Below, piece after piece: positions 1 through 9,860 of a stretch of 64,000 nucleotides of DNA (the stretch's first letter is position 1; every line of letters begins with the position of its first letter). A model generated the notes under the pieces. It saw nothing but the letters and a program-made list of their open reading frames with translations. It ran no database searches and was not told the origin of the DNA. The position numbers and the translations under genes are program-made. Source of the DNA: Promethearchaeota archaeon. GTDB taxonomy: Archaea > Asgardarchaeota > Lokiarchaeia > Sigyniarchaeales > SOKP01. Location: assembly GCA_030599585.1 (NCBI GenBank), contig JAUVNS010000001.1, positions 347,118 through 411,117 of the forward strand. Direction: 5' to 3'.

Positions 1-492
1 ATTCTGATTCCCACCTGGAAAATCTGATCTTCCAATACTTCCTCTAAAGAGTAAATCCCCCGTGAACACTATACCGCTAATTTCGTTTCCTCTGAACTTA
101 TTAACATCGGAAGTGTAAAAGCACAAAGATCCTGGACTATGACCTGGTGTTTCTAAAGTAAGGAGGTTTATCTTTCCGATTTTAATTACATCTCCCTCAA
201 CTAACCACCGGTTAGCTTCTTTTTGTTTGAATGTTCCAGAATCGTATTCTTTCTTATTATACATCAGGGGTATTTGAAAGTGGCGCATTATTTTGCCTAC
301 TTTTGTTGTGTGATCGAAATGACCGTGCGTTAACAAAACTGCAATTGGTTTTCCGTTCAATTCGTCAATACTCCTAATTATAGCTTCGGCGTTTCCTCCT
401 GGATCTATTACAACAATTTCTTTGGTCTTGTCTGATCCAAAAATATAGCAATTAGTACCCAATTGTCCTACGATAAGCTTTTTGAAAATCAT
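1..492 (-). CDS. MBL-fold metallo-hydrolase (glyoxalase II-like), 3' end outside the window
   Basis: Not in the ORF track. Read by hand from ATG at 492 (preceded by GAAGGAG): MIFKKLIVGQLGTNCYIFG...IDPGG...LTHGHFDH (HxHxDH)...TPGH...FTGD. Confidence 0.9.
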   Translation of the reverse strand, partial: MIFKKLIVGQLGTNCYIFGSDKTKEIVVIDPGGNAEAIIRSIDELNGKPIAVLLTHGHFDHTTKVGKIMRHFQIPLMYNKKEYDSGTFKQKEANRWLVEGDVIKIGKINLLTLETPGHSPGSLCFYTSDVNKFRGNEISGIVFTGDLLFRGSIGRSDFPGGNQN

Positions 493-601
493 TTTTTCGT
501 AACTCCTTCTAATCATCTAAATATATCATCTTTTTAATAAAAAAAGAAAGAAAGATTAAAAATAACTGCTGAGAATATGAGATTTTAGCACAAAGTGAAG
601 T

Positions 602-889
602 CTATTTATTGTTTATTAGATTATTAATTTCTACTAATCTATTATACACATCTAAACCTTTAGGCGTTAATTTTACATATTTCTTTTTGTTGTTCTGCTC
701 AATCGCAATCAATCCCCTATCAATTAAATCCTCTTTAACTCGGAAATACGAATTGTAGTAGCTAAACTTGTTCAATTCGTTATAAAAGGAGTGTTTATCG
801 ATTTTATGCCCTTTAGAATTCATTAGGACTTCTAATGTATCTCTAAAACCTTTCTTCTTTAAAAAGCTTATCAAATCATCAATTGTCAT
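602..889 (-). CDS. Small winged-helix DNA-binding protein
   Basis: 95 aa; C-terminal LIDRGLI...KYVKLTPKG is a typical wHTH wing. Confidence 0.7.
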   Translation of the reverse strand: MTIDDLISFLKKKGFRDTLEVLMNSKGHKIDKHSFYNELNKFSYYNSYFRVKEDLIDRGLIAIEQNNKKKYVKLTPKGLDVYNRLVEINNLINNK

Positions 890-1154
890 TCTATCCCTTA
901 CCTTATTTAAATGGTATCAACTAAATTTACTTAAATGTAATAAAATAAAACTTTCAAAATTAAAAAACATTTTGAAAATAATTATTAAGCCAATAATGAA
1001 ATAAACAAATAATTTAAATTATGGGCTCAAATTCCCTAAAAACAAAATAATCCTTAAAGTTAAACGCTCATCAAAATAAACTGGAGTAAATTAGGTCACA
1101 ATTCTCATATTAATTTATCAAAATTTATTACTTGGAAATAATTTTTAAACTTGA

Positions 1155-1880
1155 ATGGACTTTAGAAGATATTTTGAATTCGCAAAAGGTAACACACCAG
1201 TTATCCTATCTTGTCCTCATGGAGGATACAAAAAGCCAAAGAGAATACCAGATAAAACAGTCGGACCTCGAATTGCTGACAAGAATACGTACTTCATCGC
1301 AAAGTTGATTATAAGTTCATTAAAAGTTAGAAATATCCGAATTTTCTATATTCTTAACAAAATCCACAGAAGTAAAGTAGATTTAAATCGACCTTCGCAA
1401 TCGGAAAGTTCCTACAATCGATCTTCTATTGAAGCCAAGACGATTTTTCATTCTTATCAAGAAATTTTGAACGATTTCGCTCAAGAGTGCGTATCAAACT
1501 ACGGAAGAGCGTTAATAATAGATTTTCATGGATATACAAAGCCTTATAGAGAATATCCAGATGTAATTTTTGGTCACATCTTCGGGAAAACCCTCGACTT
1601 ATTAGAAGATTTAAACAAGCAAGATTGTAAGAAATATTGGGGTTGTTCACAGTTACAAAACGAATTCTCTAAGCATTTCAAAATGGACGATGGTCTGGCT
1701 TTAACGGAACATAATTTATCTTACTCTGGGGGATATATAACTCAACAATTTTTTAAAAAAAGCCAAATAAACGCCCTTCAAATAGAGGTCGCAAAAAGCA
1801 TTCGCTTGGACTTAAAACTTACAAAAACTCTTGTAAACGCATTCACAAAAGCCATTATCGAATCTATTAGTGAAACATGA
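1155..1880 (+). CDS. N-formylglutamate amidohydrolase family protein
   Basis: SCPHGG, VDLNR, IDFHG, YSGGYIT and ALQIEV motifs. Confidence 0.8.
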   Translation: MDFRRYFEFAKGNTPVILSCPHGGYKKPKRIPDKTVGPRIADKNTYFIAKLIISSLKVRNIRIFYILNKIHRSKVDLNRPSQSESSYNRSSIEAKTIFHSYQEILNDFAQECVSNYGRALIIDFHGYTKPYREYPDVIFGHIFGKTLDLLEDLNKQDCKKYWGCSQLQNEFSKHFKMDDGLALTEHNLSYSGGYITQQFFKKSQINALQIEVAKSIRLDLKLTKTLVNAFTKAIIESISET

Positions 1881-1896
1881 ATTGAATTATTTTTAG

Positions 1897-2115
1897 TTAT
1901 GCGTCACTAAAAATTTGATTTAGAAGCGTAAAGAAGAAAAATACCGCAAATAGTAGTAAAATAGCTGGAATAAAACCTAAAATCTGAAGTGCAACCAAAC
2001 TACTAATTATTGGAACAGGGTTAACGTAAAGAATGAAATAAACAAAAATAAACGATAGTAGAAAAAAAATTGTAAATGCTATATCTTTACAGATATACTT
2101 TTTTTTCTCGTCCAT
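1897..2115 (-). CDS. Small two-TM membrane protein
   Basis: 72 aa, two hydrophobic helices; same layout as 2172-2381. Confidence 0.6.
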   Translation of the reverse strand: MDEKKKYICKDIAFTIFFLLSFIFVYFILYVNPVPIISSLVALQILGFIPAILLLFAVFFFFTLLNQIFSDA

Positions 2116-2171
2116 GGTAAATATGTAACTGATTAACCTATAAAAATGTTCTTATAATAATAATACAGCGC

Positions 2172-2381
2172 TCAGCCTTTCCGAATTACATAATGTAAAG
2201 CGGAAAAGAAAAAAAACCCCATAAAAAAAATAAGCGTTACCATGACTACAATAGTAATCTGATATTCCACCCAATTGTTAAACTCAGCGATTACTAGAAA
2301 AGTAATAGCACAGATAACAGAGATTAAAAATACAATAAAAAGAAGTGTATATTTTAAAAAATCTTTTTTCCGTTCATGCAT
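2172..2381 (-). CDS. Small two-TM membrane protein
   Basis: 69 aa; MHERKKDF N-terminus parallels MDEKKKYI of its neighbour. Confidence 0.6.
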   Translation of the reverse strand: MHERKKDFLKYTLLFIVFLISVICAITFLVIAEFNNWVEYQITIVVMVTLIFFMGFFFFSALHYVIRKG

Positions 2382-2465
2382 TGTTAAAATTGTAAATGAA
2401 CATCCATCTTTAAGAATTGTGTCTATATTAATAGACTAAAATAGATGAATGCCAGATTAATTTTC

Positions 2466-2804
2466 TCAACTCATCATCTCGAGGACAACTATCAATATGC
2501 CATAAAGGATGTAAGGGATAAATGGAAGTATCAAAGCAATAAAGACTAAACCTATTGGTCCAATAAACCCTATACTAAGTGGAATCCACCACCACGAAAG
2601 CCCTCCTCCAACCATAAGATAAACGGATACAATTAACCCTAAAATTGCACCTGCTATCAATAACCCTTTCATAGGCCCCTTATGTAATAAATACGCATAG
2701 TATTTACCCATAAAAGAATTTTTACTCTCTATTAATGCTTTTCTATCCGAAATCTCCTCTTTTTCTTCAAGCACATATAATTGTTCTTCAATCACATTAA
2801 CCAC
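2466..2804 (-). CDS. Hypothetical membrane protein
   Basis: Hydrophobic C-terminal half; true start may be GTG at 2795 because the annotated GTG lies inside an AGGTGG RBS. Confidence 0.6.
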   Translation of the reverse strand: MVNVIEEQLYVLEEKEEISDRKALIESKNSFMGKYYAYLLHKGPMKGLLIAGAILGLIVSVYLMVGGGLSWWWIPLSIGFIGPIGLVFIALILPFIPYILYGILIVVLEMMS

Positions 2805-3181
2805 CTTTTATTTTTCATTAATTTATTTTTATTTTGAGTTTTTAATTAAATAAAATAAGGTTGAAAGTATATTACTAGTTTATTGTCTAAAACTTTAACT
2901 GAACTTTTGGACTCTTATTAAGTCTCATTTTTTGTCGGTTTAAGCTCACTTTCTCTGAAATCTGTTCAGATTAAACACAATTTAAATTGAAAATATGAAT
3001 CGAGTTCAGTCTAAAATCTAAAATCTAAACAATATTCAATTGAAATAAATATTTATGTTCATTTAATGTGAAAAAAATGAAAAAAATGAAAATTATCGTA
3101 ATGTTTATAACTATTTTTTCATAATATAATAGTAATAGGGAATTTTTTCCCACATCAAAGTAAAAGGTGATGTGATAAAAA

Positions 3182-3397
3182 GTGATAAAATGTGAAAAAT
3201 GCGGTATGCTTCATGCGTTATACCACGATTGTAATCAAATTACAATAGGTCATGGAGTAGTATTTGAGGACGACCGAAAATGTTACGATTGGAACTGTTT
3301 TATAACAGACGCTCCAAGAATATACAAAATTGAAGAGAGAATTTTAGATAGTATTCTTAACAATCCAAAGGAAAATCCGTTATTAATTTACGAGTAA
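3182..3397 (+). CDS. Small Cys/His-rich, possibly Zn-binding protein
   Basis: CEKC...H...HDC...C..C; AGGTGA upstream. Confidence 0.5.
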   Translation: MIKCEKCGMLHALYHDCNQITIGHGVVFEDDRKCYDWNCFITDAPRIYKIEERILDSILNNPKENPLLIYE

Positions 3398-3506
3398 TTT
3401 TTATTAACTTATTTCTATTTTTAAATCGTATATCAGGAAATTTCTAACTTTATAAATTAAAAAAGATAATTTCTTAAGCTACTATTTCATCTTAAAACCA
3501 TTCATT

Positions 3507-4409
3507 ATGGTTAAAGAAGTATTTGAGTCAGACATTGTAATCATTGGGCATGTAGCGAAAGATATCATAGAAATCGACGGAGTGAGCAAATCGGTACTAG
3601 GAGGTGCCGTGTATTACGGCGGGTTAGCTGGTAGTCGAATGGGATTAAGAATAGCGATCATTACGCGGTTGAAGGCCGAAGATTTCCCAATTTTGGATTC
3701 GTTTGAGAAAAATGGTATCAAATACTTTGCGTATCCGGCTAAAGAAACTTCAGGAATTAAAAACATATACTCTTCGGAAAATATGGAATATAGAACTTAC
3801 GAACCTTTAGGTTTTGCGGGTGCGTTTAAAAAGGAAGAAATCCCAGTTATTACTACAAAATTTTTTGTTATAGGTTCGATAATTGCTGGCGAAATCGATT
3901 TAGAGCTGTTAGAATACTTGAATAAAAAATATAACGGCAGATTGGGGCTTGACATTCAAGGATTTCTTAGAGGTGTAAAGGATAATAAAATGCAGTATTT
4001 CAACTTAACAGAAAAAGAGAAAGTTGAAATAATATCTAAAGTGGATTACTTAAAAGTTGACGAAACGGAAGCGAAAGTGCTAACAAATCTCTCTTCTTTA
4101 CAAGATGCAGGAAAGCAACTCATTAATTTAGGACCGAAGGAAGTTCTTATCACGCACCAAAGAGGAATCAACTTAGTTTCAAGAGAAGGATCATACTTCT
4201 TTCCTTGGAAAAATAAAGGTAGTGTAGGGAGGACAGGTAGAGGAGATACTGCCTTTATAAGTTATTTAGGATCGCGAATAACGAGAAGTCCAGAAGAATC
4301 CTTACGATTTTCTGCAGCGTTAACATCGCTTAAAATGGAATCAATGGAACCATTTTCATTACCTTTAAGTGCGGTTGAAAAATTGATAAGGGAGGAATAT
4401 GTTCAATGA
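3507..4409 (+). CDS. PfkB-family carbohydrate kinase
   Basis: N-terminal GGAVYYG, LGLDIQG, C-terminal RTGRGD (variant of DTTGAGD). Confidence 0.85.
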   Translation: MVKEVFESDIVIIGHVAKDIIEIDGVSKSVLGGAVYYGGLAGSRMGLRIAIITRLKAEDFPILDSFEKNGIKYFAYPAKETSGIKNIYSSENMEYRTYEPLGFAGAFKKEEIPVITTKFFVIGSIIAGEIDLELLEYLNKKYNGRLGLDIQGFLRGVKDNKMQYFNLTEKEKVEIISKVDYLKVDETEAKVLTNLSSLQDAGKQLINLGPKEVLITHQRGINLVSREGSYFFPWKNKGSVGRTGRGDTAFISYLGSRITRSPEESLRFSAALTSLKMESMEPFSLPLSAVEKLIREEYVQ

Positions 4410-5164
4410 GAGTCGGTGGAATTATAGATATATCAACAAAGGACATTCCTAATAGGTCAACAATGGTTATTTTCACGGTTGGGTGCAATTTGAGTTGCGA
4501 ATTTTGCCACAATAAATATCTACTACATAAAGCCGTAGGGAGAGACATCGATATTCCCGAATTAATGGGACAAATTAAAAGTAACATGTTAGTTAGTAGT
4601 GTGAGCATTTCTGGAGGAGAACCTACGCTTCAAAAGGATTTGCTTGATCTATGTACAGAAATAAAGAATGTTGGAAAATATATCAGTATTGACACAAATG
4701 GAACAAATCCGAAATCGATTGTGGAATTACTGCCATATATCAACAGAATTGCTTTAGATATGAAAGGTCCACTCAACAATAAGAGACTAACCAAAATTAC
4801 AGGAAATCAAATTAATTCCAACCTGATTGTTGAGACGTTTAGAGCTGTAAACAATCGTAAGGATATTGATTTTGAAATAAGAACGACTTACGTGGGAAAT
4901 TTGATGAAATCGAACGATATCGACAAGATTATTTCATTCCTAAGAAAAAATCATTTCCGGGGGAGTTTTGTTCTTCAACAATATCAATACTCCGAAGGCG
5001 TTGGTGAAGAAAATAAACTTAAATTTCAAAAACCAGATCATTTTACATTACTCAATATCCTAAAGCCTTATAGAAATATGGATTTACCCTTCGAAATCTA
5101 TTTGAGAGACGACATAGTAGGATATAGTAGGATAGATAAATTATACGAGTATCTTGATGCCTAA
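4406..5164 (+). CDS. Glycyl-radical activating enzyme (NrdG/PflA-like radical SAM)
   Basis: GCNLSCEFCHN (CxxxCxxC), SGGEPT, IDTNG, FEIRTT; overlaps the kinase stop (ATGA). Confidence 0.85.
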   Translation: MRVGGIIDISTKDIPNRSTMVIFTVGCNLSCEFCHNKYLLHKAVGRDIDIPELMGQIKSNMLVSSVSISGGEPTLQKDLLDLCTEIKNVGKYISIDTNGTNPKSIVELLPYINRIALDMKGPLNNKRLTKITGNQINSNLIVETFRAVNNRKDIDFEIRTTYVGNLMKSNDIDKIISFLRKNHFRGSFVLQQYQYSEGVGEENKLKFQKPDHFTLLNILKPYRNMDLPFEIYLRDDIVGYSRIDKLYEYLDA

Positions 5165-5175
5165 AGGTGAAAAGA

Positions 5176-5343
5176 ATGAGCAAAGATAATGAAGAATCCA
5201 ATAAAGAAAATGACAAGATGAAAGACGACCCTAAAGACGAATTAGATAACCAATGGGAAATGCAAGACCAAATTCATAAAACATGTAAAATGAAAGGAGA
5301 CAGTGAAGAAAGGCAAAAAAAGTGGAAAGAAAAATATGGTTAA
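5176..5343 (+). CDS. Small charged protein, 55 aa (below the ORF-track cutoff)
   Basis: AGGTGA at 5165-5170, ATG at 5176, MSKDNEESNKENDKMKDDPKDELDNQWEMQDQIHKTCKMKGDSEERQKKWKEKYG, TAA at 5341. Confidence 0.6.
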   Translation: MSKDNEESNKENDKMKDDPKDELDNQWEMQDQIHKTCKMKGDSEERQKKWKEKYG

Positions 5344-5361
5344 TTTTTAAGTACCTTTGAT

Positions 5362-6696
5362 TTATTTACTGGCTTTTGTTTCGATTTTTGATTTCATTGT
5401 ATAAAAAACGACTACTCCACATAAGATAATAATTATTTGGATAATAACAATCAACAAATCAAAAGTAAAAAGTAGTCCGAAACAAACAATACAACCTAAT
5501 AGTGCAACTATTGGAAACCAACCAATATTGGGTTTTTGCTTAAAAGGTCGATCAAGCTCGGGTTTTTTCTTACGTAAAACTATTAGGCTTAAATTCACGA
5601 GGAAAAAAGTAATTAACACTCCAAACACAGTGGCGTTGGCGACAATAGATATGTCCCCCAAAAACAATGGAATTATTGTTAAAATCAAGGTTGCTAAAAC
5701 TGCTAGGACGGGTGTTCTATGCTTAGGTGATATTTTACTCAATCCTTCTGGTAACGCTTTATCTCTTGCCATTCCGTACATCATTCTTGAGGTAACAATC
5801 ATCATTATCATAACGGTGTTAGCTGTAGCAAAGAGGGCTATAAAAGACATAATGATTCCACCTGTAGGACCTAAAACAGCTGAAACAACGCTGTTTAAAG
5901 GAGCTGAAGAAGAAGCGATATCTTCATATGGTAAAATACTCACAACTGATATGGCAGTTAAACAATATAAAACAGTTGTGATGATGATCGAATAAATTAT
6001 AGCTCGAGGAAGATTCCTAGCAGGTTCTTTAACTTCTTCAGATATATTCGCGATATCTTCAAATCCAATATACGCAAAAAATATTAAAGCAACCGCAGAA
6101 AAAACGCCACCGAAAGAGCCTCCTAAAGGGAGCACAAAATAGTTGACTGTACCTAAAAACGGGAAACCTATTATAATAATTAAAATGAGCCCGGATGCTT
6201 CAATTAATGTAAATATGATATTTGTCCATGTAGATGCCCTTATTCCAATGAAGTTGATAAGACTTAGAATTACTATAAGTAAAACAGCGAAAATTATAAC
6301 AAGAATAATCGAGGGAATCCCGATTAAATTGGCTAAGTACCATGCAAAACCTAAAGCAACCGTAGCTGCAGAAAGTATCCCTGAAAATATTATTATCCAT
6401 CCAAGAAGAAACGATAAAATTCGGATTTTGAAGGCTTCCTCTGTATACACAAACTCAGCAGCACTTTTAGGGAACATAGCAGAAAGTTCAGCATACGATA
6501 AACCAGTTAATGCTCCAGTAACTGAAGCTATTAGAAAAGCTAACCACGAAAAGTTTCCCGTAATTCCTACTACTTCTCCAATTAAAGCATATATTCCTGC
6601 TCCTAGGACATTTCCGATTCCATAGACAGTAACACCGAATAACGATATCCTTCTTTTAAGTTCAGGTCTTTTCTTAACTTCTTCCAATAAATTCAC
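5362..6696 (-). CDS. APC-family amino acid permease
   Basis: GNVLGAGIY, YAEL, FAYIGFE motifs; about 12 TM helices. Confidence 0.9.
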   Translation of the reverse strand: MNLLEEVKKRPELKRRISLFGVTVYGIGNVLGAGIYALIGEVVGITGNFSWLAFLIASVTGALTGLSYAELSAMFPKSAAEFVYTEEAFKIRILSFLLGWIIIFSGILSAATVALGFAWYLANLIGIPSIILVIIFAVLLIVILSLINFIGIRASTWTNIIFTLIEASGLILIIIIGFPFLGTVNYFVLPLGGSFGGVFSAVALIFFAYIGFEDIANISEEVKEPARNLPRAIIYSIIITTVLYCLTAISVVSILPYEDIASSSAPLNSVVSAVLGPTGGIIMSFIALFATANTVMIMMIVTSRMMYGMARDKALPEGLSKISPKHRTPVLAVLATLILTIIPLFLGDISIVANATVFGVLITFFLVNLSLIVLRKKKPELDRPFKQKPNIGWFPIVALLGCIVCFGLLFTFDLLIVIIQIIIILCGVVVFYTMKSKIETKASK

Positions 6697-6786
6697 CTAT
6701 CTAAATATAAATAATTCTATACTTCGCCTAATAAAAAGTTACATTTGAAACCTTGAAATCGTTTTAATCCAGAAATAGATGTTGTT

Positions 6787-7302
6787 CTATTTTAACTTTT
6801 CCGGTCTAATTATACATGCTTGTTGACGATGATGATGAGGCTTAGCGTGTTGTAACCTAATTTCTCTCCTTTTTTTAGCTTCCTCAGAGCGTCTTTTTTC
6901 ACTTTCAGTCTCAGAAATCAGCCCGGGTACTTCAGTTGGTTTATCATCCTTACCCAGAGCTACAAATGTAAGGTAGGCGGACCCAATATGGGTGTGAGTG
7001 CCAGTTTTTAGGCATTCTGCCTCTACTCTTACTCCAATTTCCATCGAAGTTTTTGAAACATAATTCATTGACGCTTTAATAAAAACTAAGTTCCCAATGT
7101 AAGCAGGTGAAATAAAATCGAAACGATCTACCGATGCAGTAACTACATTAGTGTGCGTATGTCTCGCTGCCACAATAGCTCCCGCTTGATCAACAAGTTT
7201 TAGAAGATTACCCCCATGGACATTGCCCGAGGGATTTGCGTGCTCTGGCATCATTACTTGCGCAATCTCAACCTTTGATTGCGAAACTGTTTTAGCTTCC
7301 AA
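6787..7302 (-). CDS. Hotdog-fold acyl-CoA thioesterase (YciA-like)
   Basis: ANPSGNVHGG, TSMEIGV, LTFVAL. Confidence 0.9.
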   Translation of the reverse strand: MEAKTVSQSKVEIAQVMMPEHANPSGNVHGGNLLKLVDQAGAIVAARHTHTNVVTASVDRFDFISPAYIGNLVFIKASMNYVSKTSMEIGVRVEAECLKTGTHTHIGSAYLTFVALGKDDKPTEVPGLISETESEKRRSEEAKKRREIRLQHAKPHHHRQQACIIRPEKLK

Positions 7303-7471
7303 TTTAATCTACCACTAGTTGTCTAATCTGTTTTTAAGATACAAATGATAAAACTAATGATAAAGGTAACTCTTTTAATTTAAAATATATGCTAAAAGAT
7401 ATGCTACGAGCATCTCTTCTATATAGAGAAATTTATATACAATTATTTATTCTATATAAGTAAGTCAAATT

Positions 7472-7487
7472 ATGAATAATCATTCTT
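7472..7487. promoter_or_regulatory. Palindromic operator copy 1 (ATGAATAATCATTCTT)
   Basis: Downstream of TATA-like TATATAAG (about 7453), upstream of the OsmC gene; one of six copies. Confidence 0.65.
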
Positions 7488-7511
7488 AATTTAAAAAAAT
7501 ATAGACAAAAA

Positions 7512-8021
7512 GTGAAAAAAATGCCAAGCTTTAAAGAAACATATGAAGCAATAAAAGAAGATTGGAGCAAAGGGGAAAAGAATTTCAACATTGAGTGCGA
7601 GATGTTATCGGAAGGTATGCAAGTTAAATGTACAATGGGAGCAAAGCCTTTTGAAATGATAATCGACGCGCCTCTAGGCTTAGATGGAACAAATGAAGGA
7701 CCATCTCCACTACTCGTTATTTTAGCCTCAATAGGCGCATGTATAGTTGCAGTTACGAAATTTTGGGCTAAGATTATGGACATAAATATCACAGAATTGA
7801 AAGTATTTTCTCGTGGTCATATTAATCTAGGAGCTATATTTGGTCTCGACGATAGTAAACTTGCGGGTTACGATAAACTCGAACCTGTTGTCAGGATTAA
7901 AGCAGACGCCCCCAAAGAAAAAATAGAGGAATTGATGGAAAAAGTATTTTCTCATTGTCCAGTCATAACGAATTTGGGTGGAGCTTCACCTATTACTCCA
8001 AAACTCCAAATAAGAGAATAA
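7512..8021 (+). CDS. OsmC/Ohr-family protein
   Basis: D.P...G...GPSP, LASIGAC and HCPV two-Cys pattern. Confidence 0.85.
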   Translation: MKKMPSFKETYEAIKEDWSKGEKNFNIECEMLSEGMQVKCTMGAKPFEMIIDAPLGLDGTNEGPSPLLVILASIGACIVAVTKFWAKIMDINITELKVFSRGHINLGAIFGLDDSKLAGYDKLEPVVRIKADAPKEKIEELMEKVFSHCPVITNLGGASPITPKLQIRE

Positions 8022-8082
8022 GTTATATACTATTCTTTGTTTTTTTTAATTTTTTGTTTTCTCTTTTTAAGACTGAATTTCT

Positions 8083-8937
8083 TTAGCGTAGAGGGTATTT
8101 AGGATCTCTCTTTCCAAAAAACGCAGCAGAGGCTTCGTTCACATCTTTGGAACTGAAAGTAAGCACGATACTAGAGTTTTCCAATTGACAAATTGTCTCT
8201 AAACTTGGAGAATCAAGAGTTAAATTTAACGATTGTTTAGTCATTCGCAAACCTAACGGACTCTTCCTTAGCATCTCGTCTGCTAACTCCAACCCAGATT
8301 CTAACAGATCTTTTGACCCAACAGATTTTAAAGCTAATCCAATTTTAACCGATTCTTCAGCCCCGACTTGCCTTCCGGTGTACATTATCTCAGAAGCTCT
8401 CGATAATCCTATTAAGCGAGGAAGAAAATAACTTCCGCCTACATCAGCTCCCGTTAACCCAATATTAATTGAAGCGTTAATAAACTTAACATCAGCACCT
8501 ACAATTCGTATATCTGAAGCCATAGCAAAGCCAAATCCACCTCCTGCAGCTGCACCGTGAACTAAAGCGATAATTGGTTGGCTTATCTTGCGCATCTTTA
8601 TAAAGATCGAACTAATTCGCCACTGATGGTACATTTTTTTTTTAATCGGTTCTGAAACATTTAGAAAATAATATTTTTCGTATCCTTCAGGTTTCTTTTT
8701 AGTGTTTAAGATCAATGCCTCCTGTAAATCAGTTCCCGCACAGAATGCCCTTCCCTCAGCTCTTAAAATTACCACACGACAATCTAAATTTACCATTAGA
8801 TGATCGAATACCTCGTGTAATTCCTTTTCCATTTGGAAGTTAATAGCATTCAATTTTTCCGGACGATTTAAGGAAAGAATTCCAATTCCATTTTCCTTTA
8901 ATTCAAATTTAATAGTCTCAAAATTCACTTTTATCAC
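8083..8937 (-). CDS. Enoyl-CoA hydratase/isomerase (crotonase)
   Basis: LNRPEKLNA, FCAGTDL, GAAAGGG, ASDIR. Confidence 0.9.
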   Translation of the reverse strand: MIKVNFETIKFELKENGIGILSLNRPEKLNAINFQMEKELHEVFDHLMVNLDCRVVILRAEGRAFCAGTDLQEALILNTKKKPEGYEKYYFLNVSEPIKKKMYHQWRISSIFIKMRKISQPIIALVHGAAAGGGFGFAMASDIRIVGADVKFINASINIGLTGADVGGSYFLPRLIGLSRASEIMYTGRQVGAEESVKIGLALKSVGSKDLLESGLELADEMLRKSPLGLRMTKQSLNLTLDSPSLETICQLENSSIVLTFSSKDVNEASAAFFGKRDPKYPLR

Positions 8938-9012
8938 TTTTTTTAATAATGTAATAAAACCACTTTTGAATTTATAATTTAGGACTGTGCTTAAGCTCGG
9001 GATTTAACAATT

Positions 9013-9792
9013 TCAAAGTAATAAAGAACTTAAGGTCTTTTTAGCTAGAGTAAATAAAGTATGCAGATGTTCCTCAGTTAAATGAAAGTGAAGCTCCCAA
9101 TTTTCTTCAGTCAAATAATCGCTAATAGTAAAAATTGCCCCTGCTTCGATGTTTAAACACTTTGCAATCACAAATATAGCAGAAGCTTCCATTTCAACCG
9201 TCAATACGCCTTCATCGCGGTAATGTTTTAATTCAGCTAAAGATTCACGATAAGGTGCGTCAGTCGTCCAACTTGTTCCCGTGTGATAATTTAGGTTCAT
9301 ATCTTTAGCTATTTCGATCAATTTATCAGTCAAGCCACTAGAGGGATGTGAGTACTTCTCGCTTAATGCGTAATGATGCGAAGTTCCCTCGTCTCTAATT
9401 GCTCTCGTGCAGATAATGGTACTACCTAATTGAAGATTTCTTTGTAGAGATCCAGCAGTCCCTATTGAAACAAATGATTTAATACCAAAAGCGTTGAGTT
9501 CTTCCAAGAGAATCCCAACAATTGGAGCTCCGATTCCAAAAGTTCCACAAAGTGCAATTTTTTTGTTAGAATCGTTTAAAAGATAAAAATCCTTTCCAAA
9601 AACATTGTCAACTTTAGTAAGAGAATAATTTTCTACGATGTAATTTAGGATTGTCGGGGAATAACAAATGATTACTCCTTTTGGAGGCTCGATATCCGGA
9701 TATACCCCAAGTTCTTTCTTATACTTCCAGAAATCTACAGCTTGAACAACAGCTCTCTCACGATGTTTATTTGGAAAATTTGGAAATGTCAT
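9013..9792 (-). CDS. Nucleoside phosphorylase (PNP/UDP family)
   Basis: GIGAP, GTAGSL, RDEGTS, TTDAPYRE, VEMEAS. Confidence 0.9.
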   Translation of the reverse strand: MTFPNFPNKHRERAVVQAVDFWKYKKELGVYPDIEPPKGVIICYSPTILNYIVENYSLTKVDNVFGKDFYLLNDSNKKIALCGTFGIGAPIVGILLEELNAFGIKSFVSIGTAGSLQRNLQLGSTIICTRAIRDEGTSHHYALSEKYSHPSSGLTDKLIEIAKDMNLNYHTGTSWTTDAPYRESLAELKHYRDEGVLTVEMEASAIFVIAKCLNIEAGAIFTISDYLTEENWELHFHLTEEHLHTLFTLAKKTLSSLLL

Positions 9793-9860
9793 ATTTGTTT
9801 TAACGATCTAAAGAATTTGAAACTTTTTGAAAAGGCTAGCTCGTACAAAAATTAGATAGG

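Noticed and set aside
5528-6625. Long antisense ORFs here and the many other 60-160 aa overlapping ORFs in the track (e.g. 7433-7792, 23674-23979, 33099-33422, 60366-60668)
   Set aside because: They lie opposite or inside well-supported genes, have no recognisable motifs, and are the expected shadows of coding sequence.
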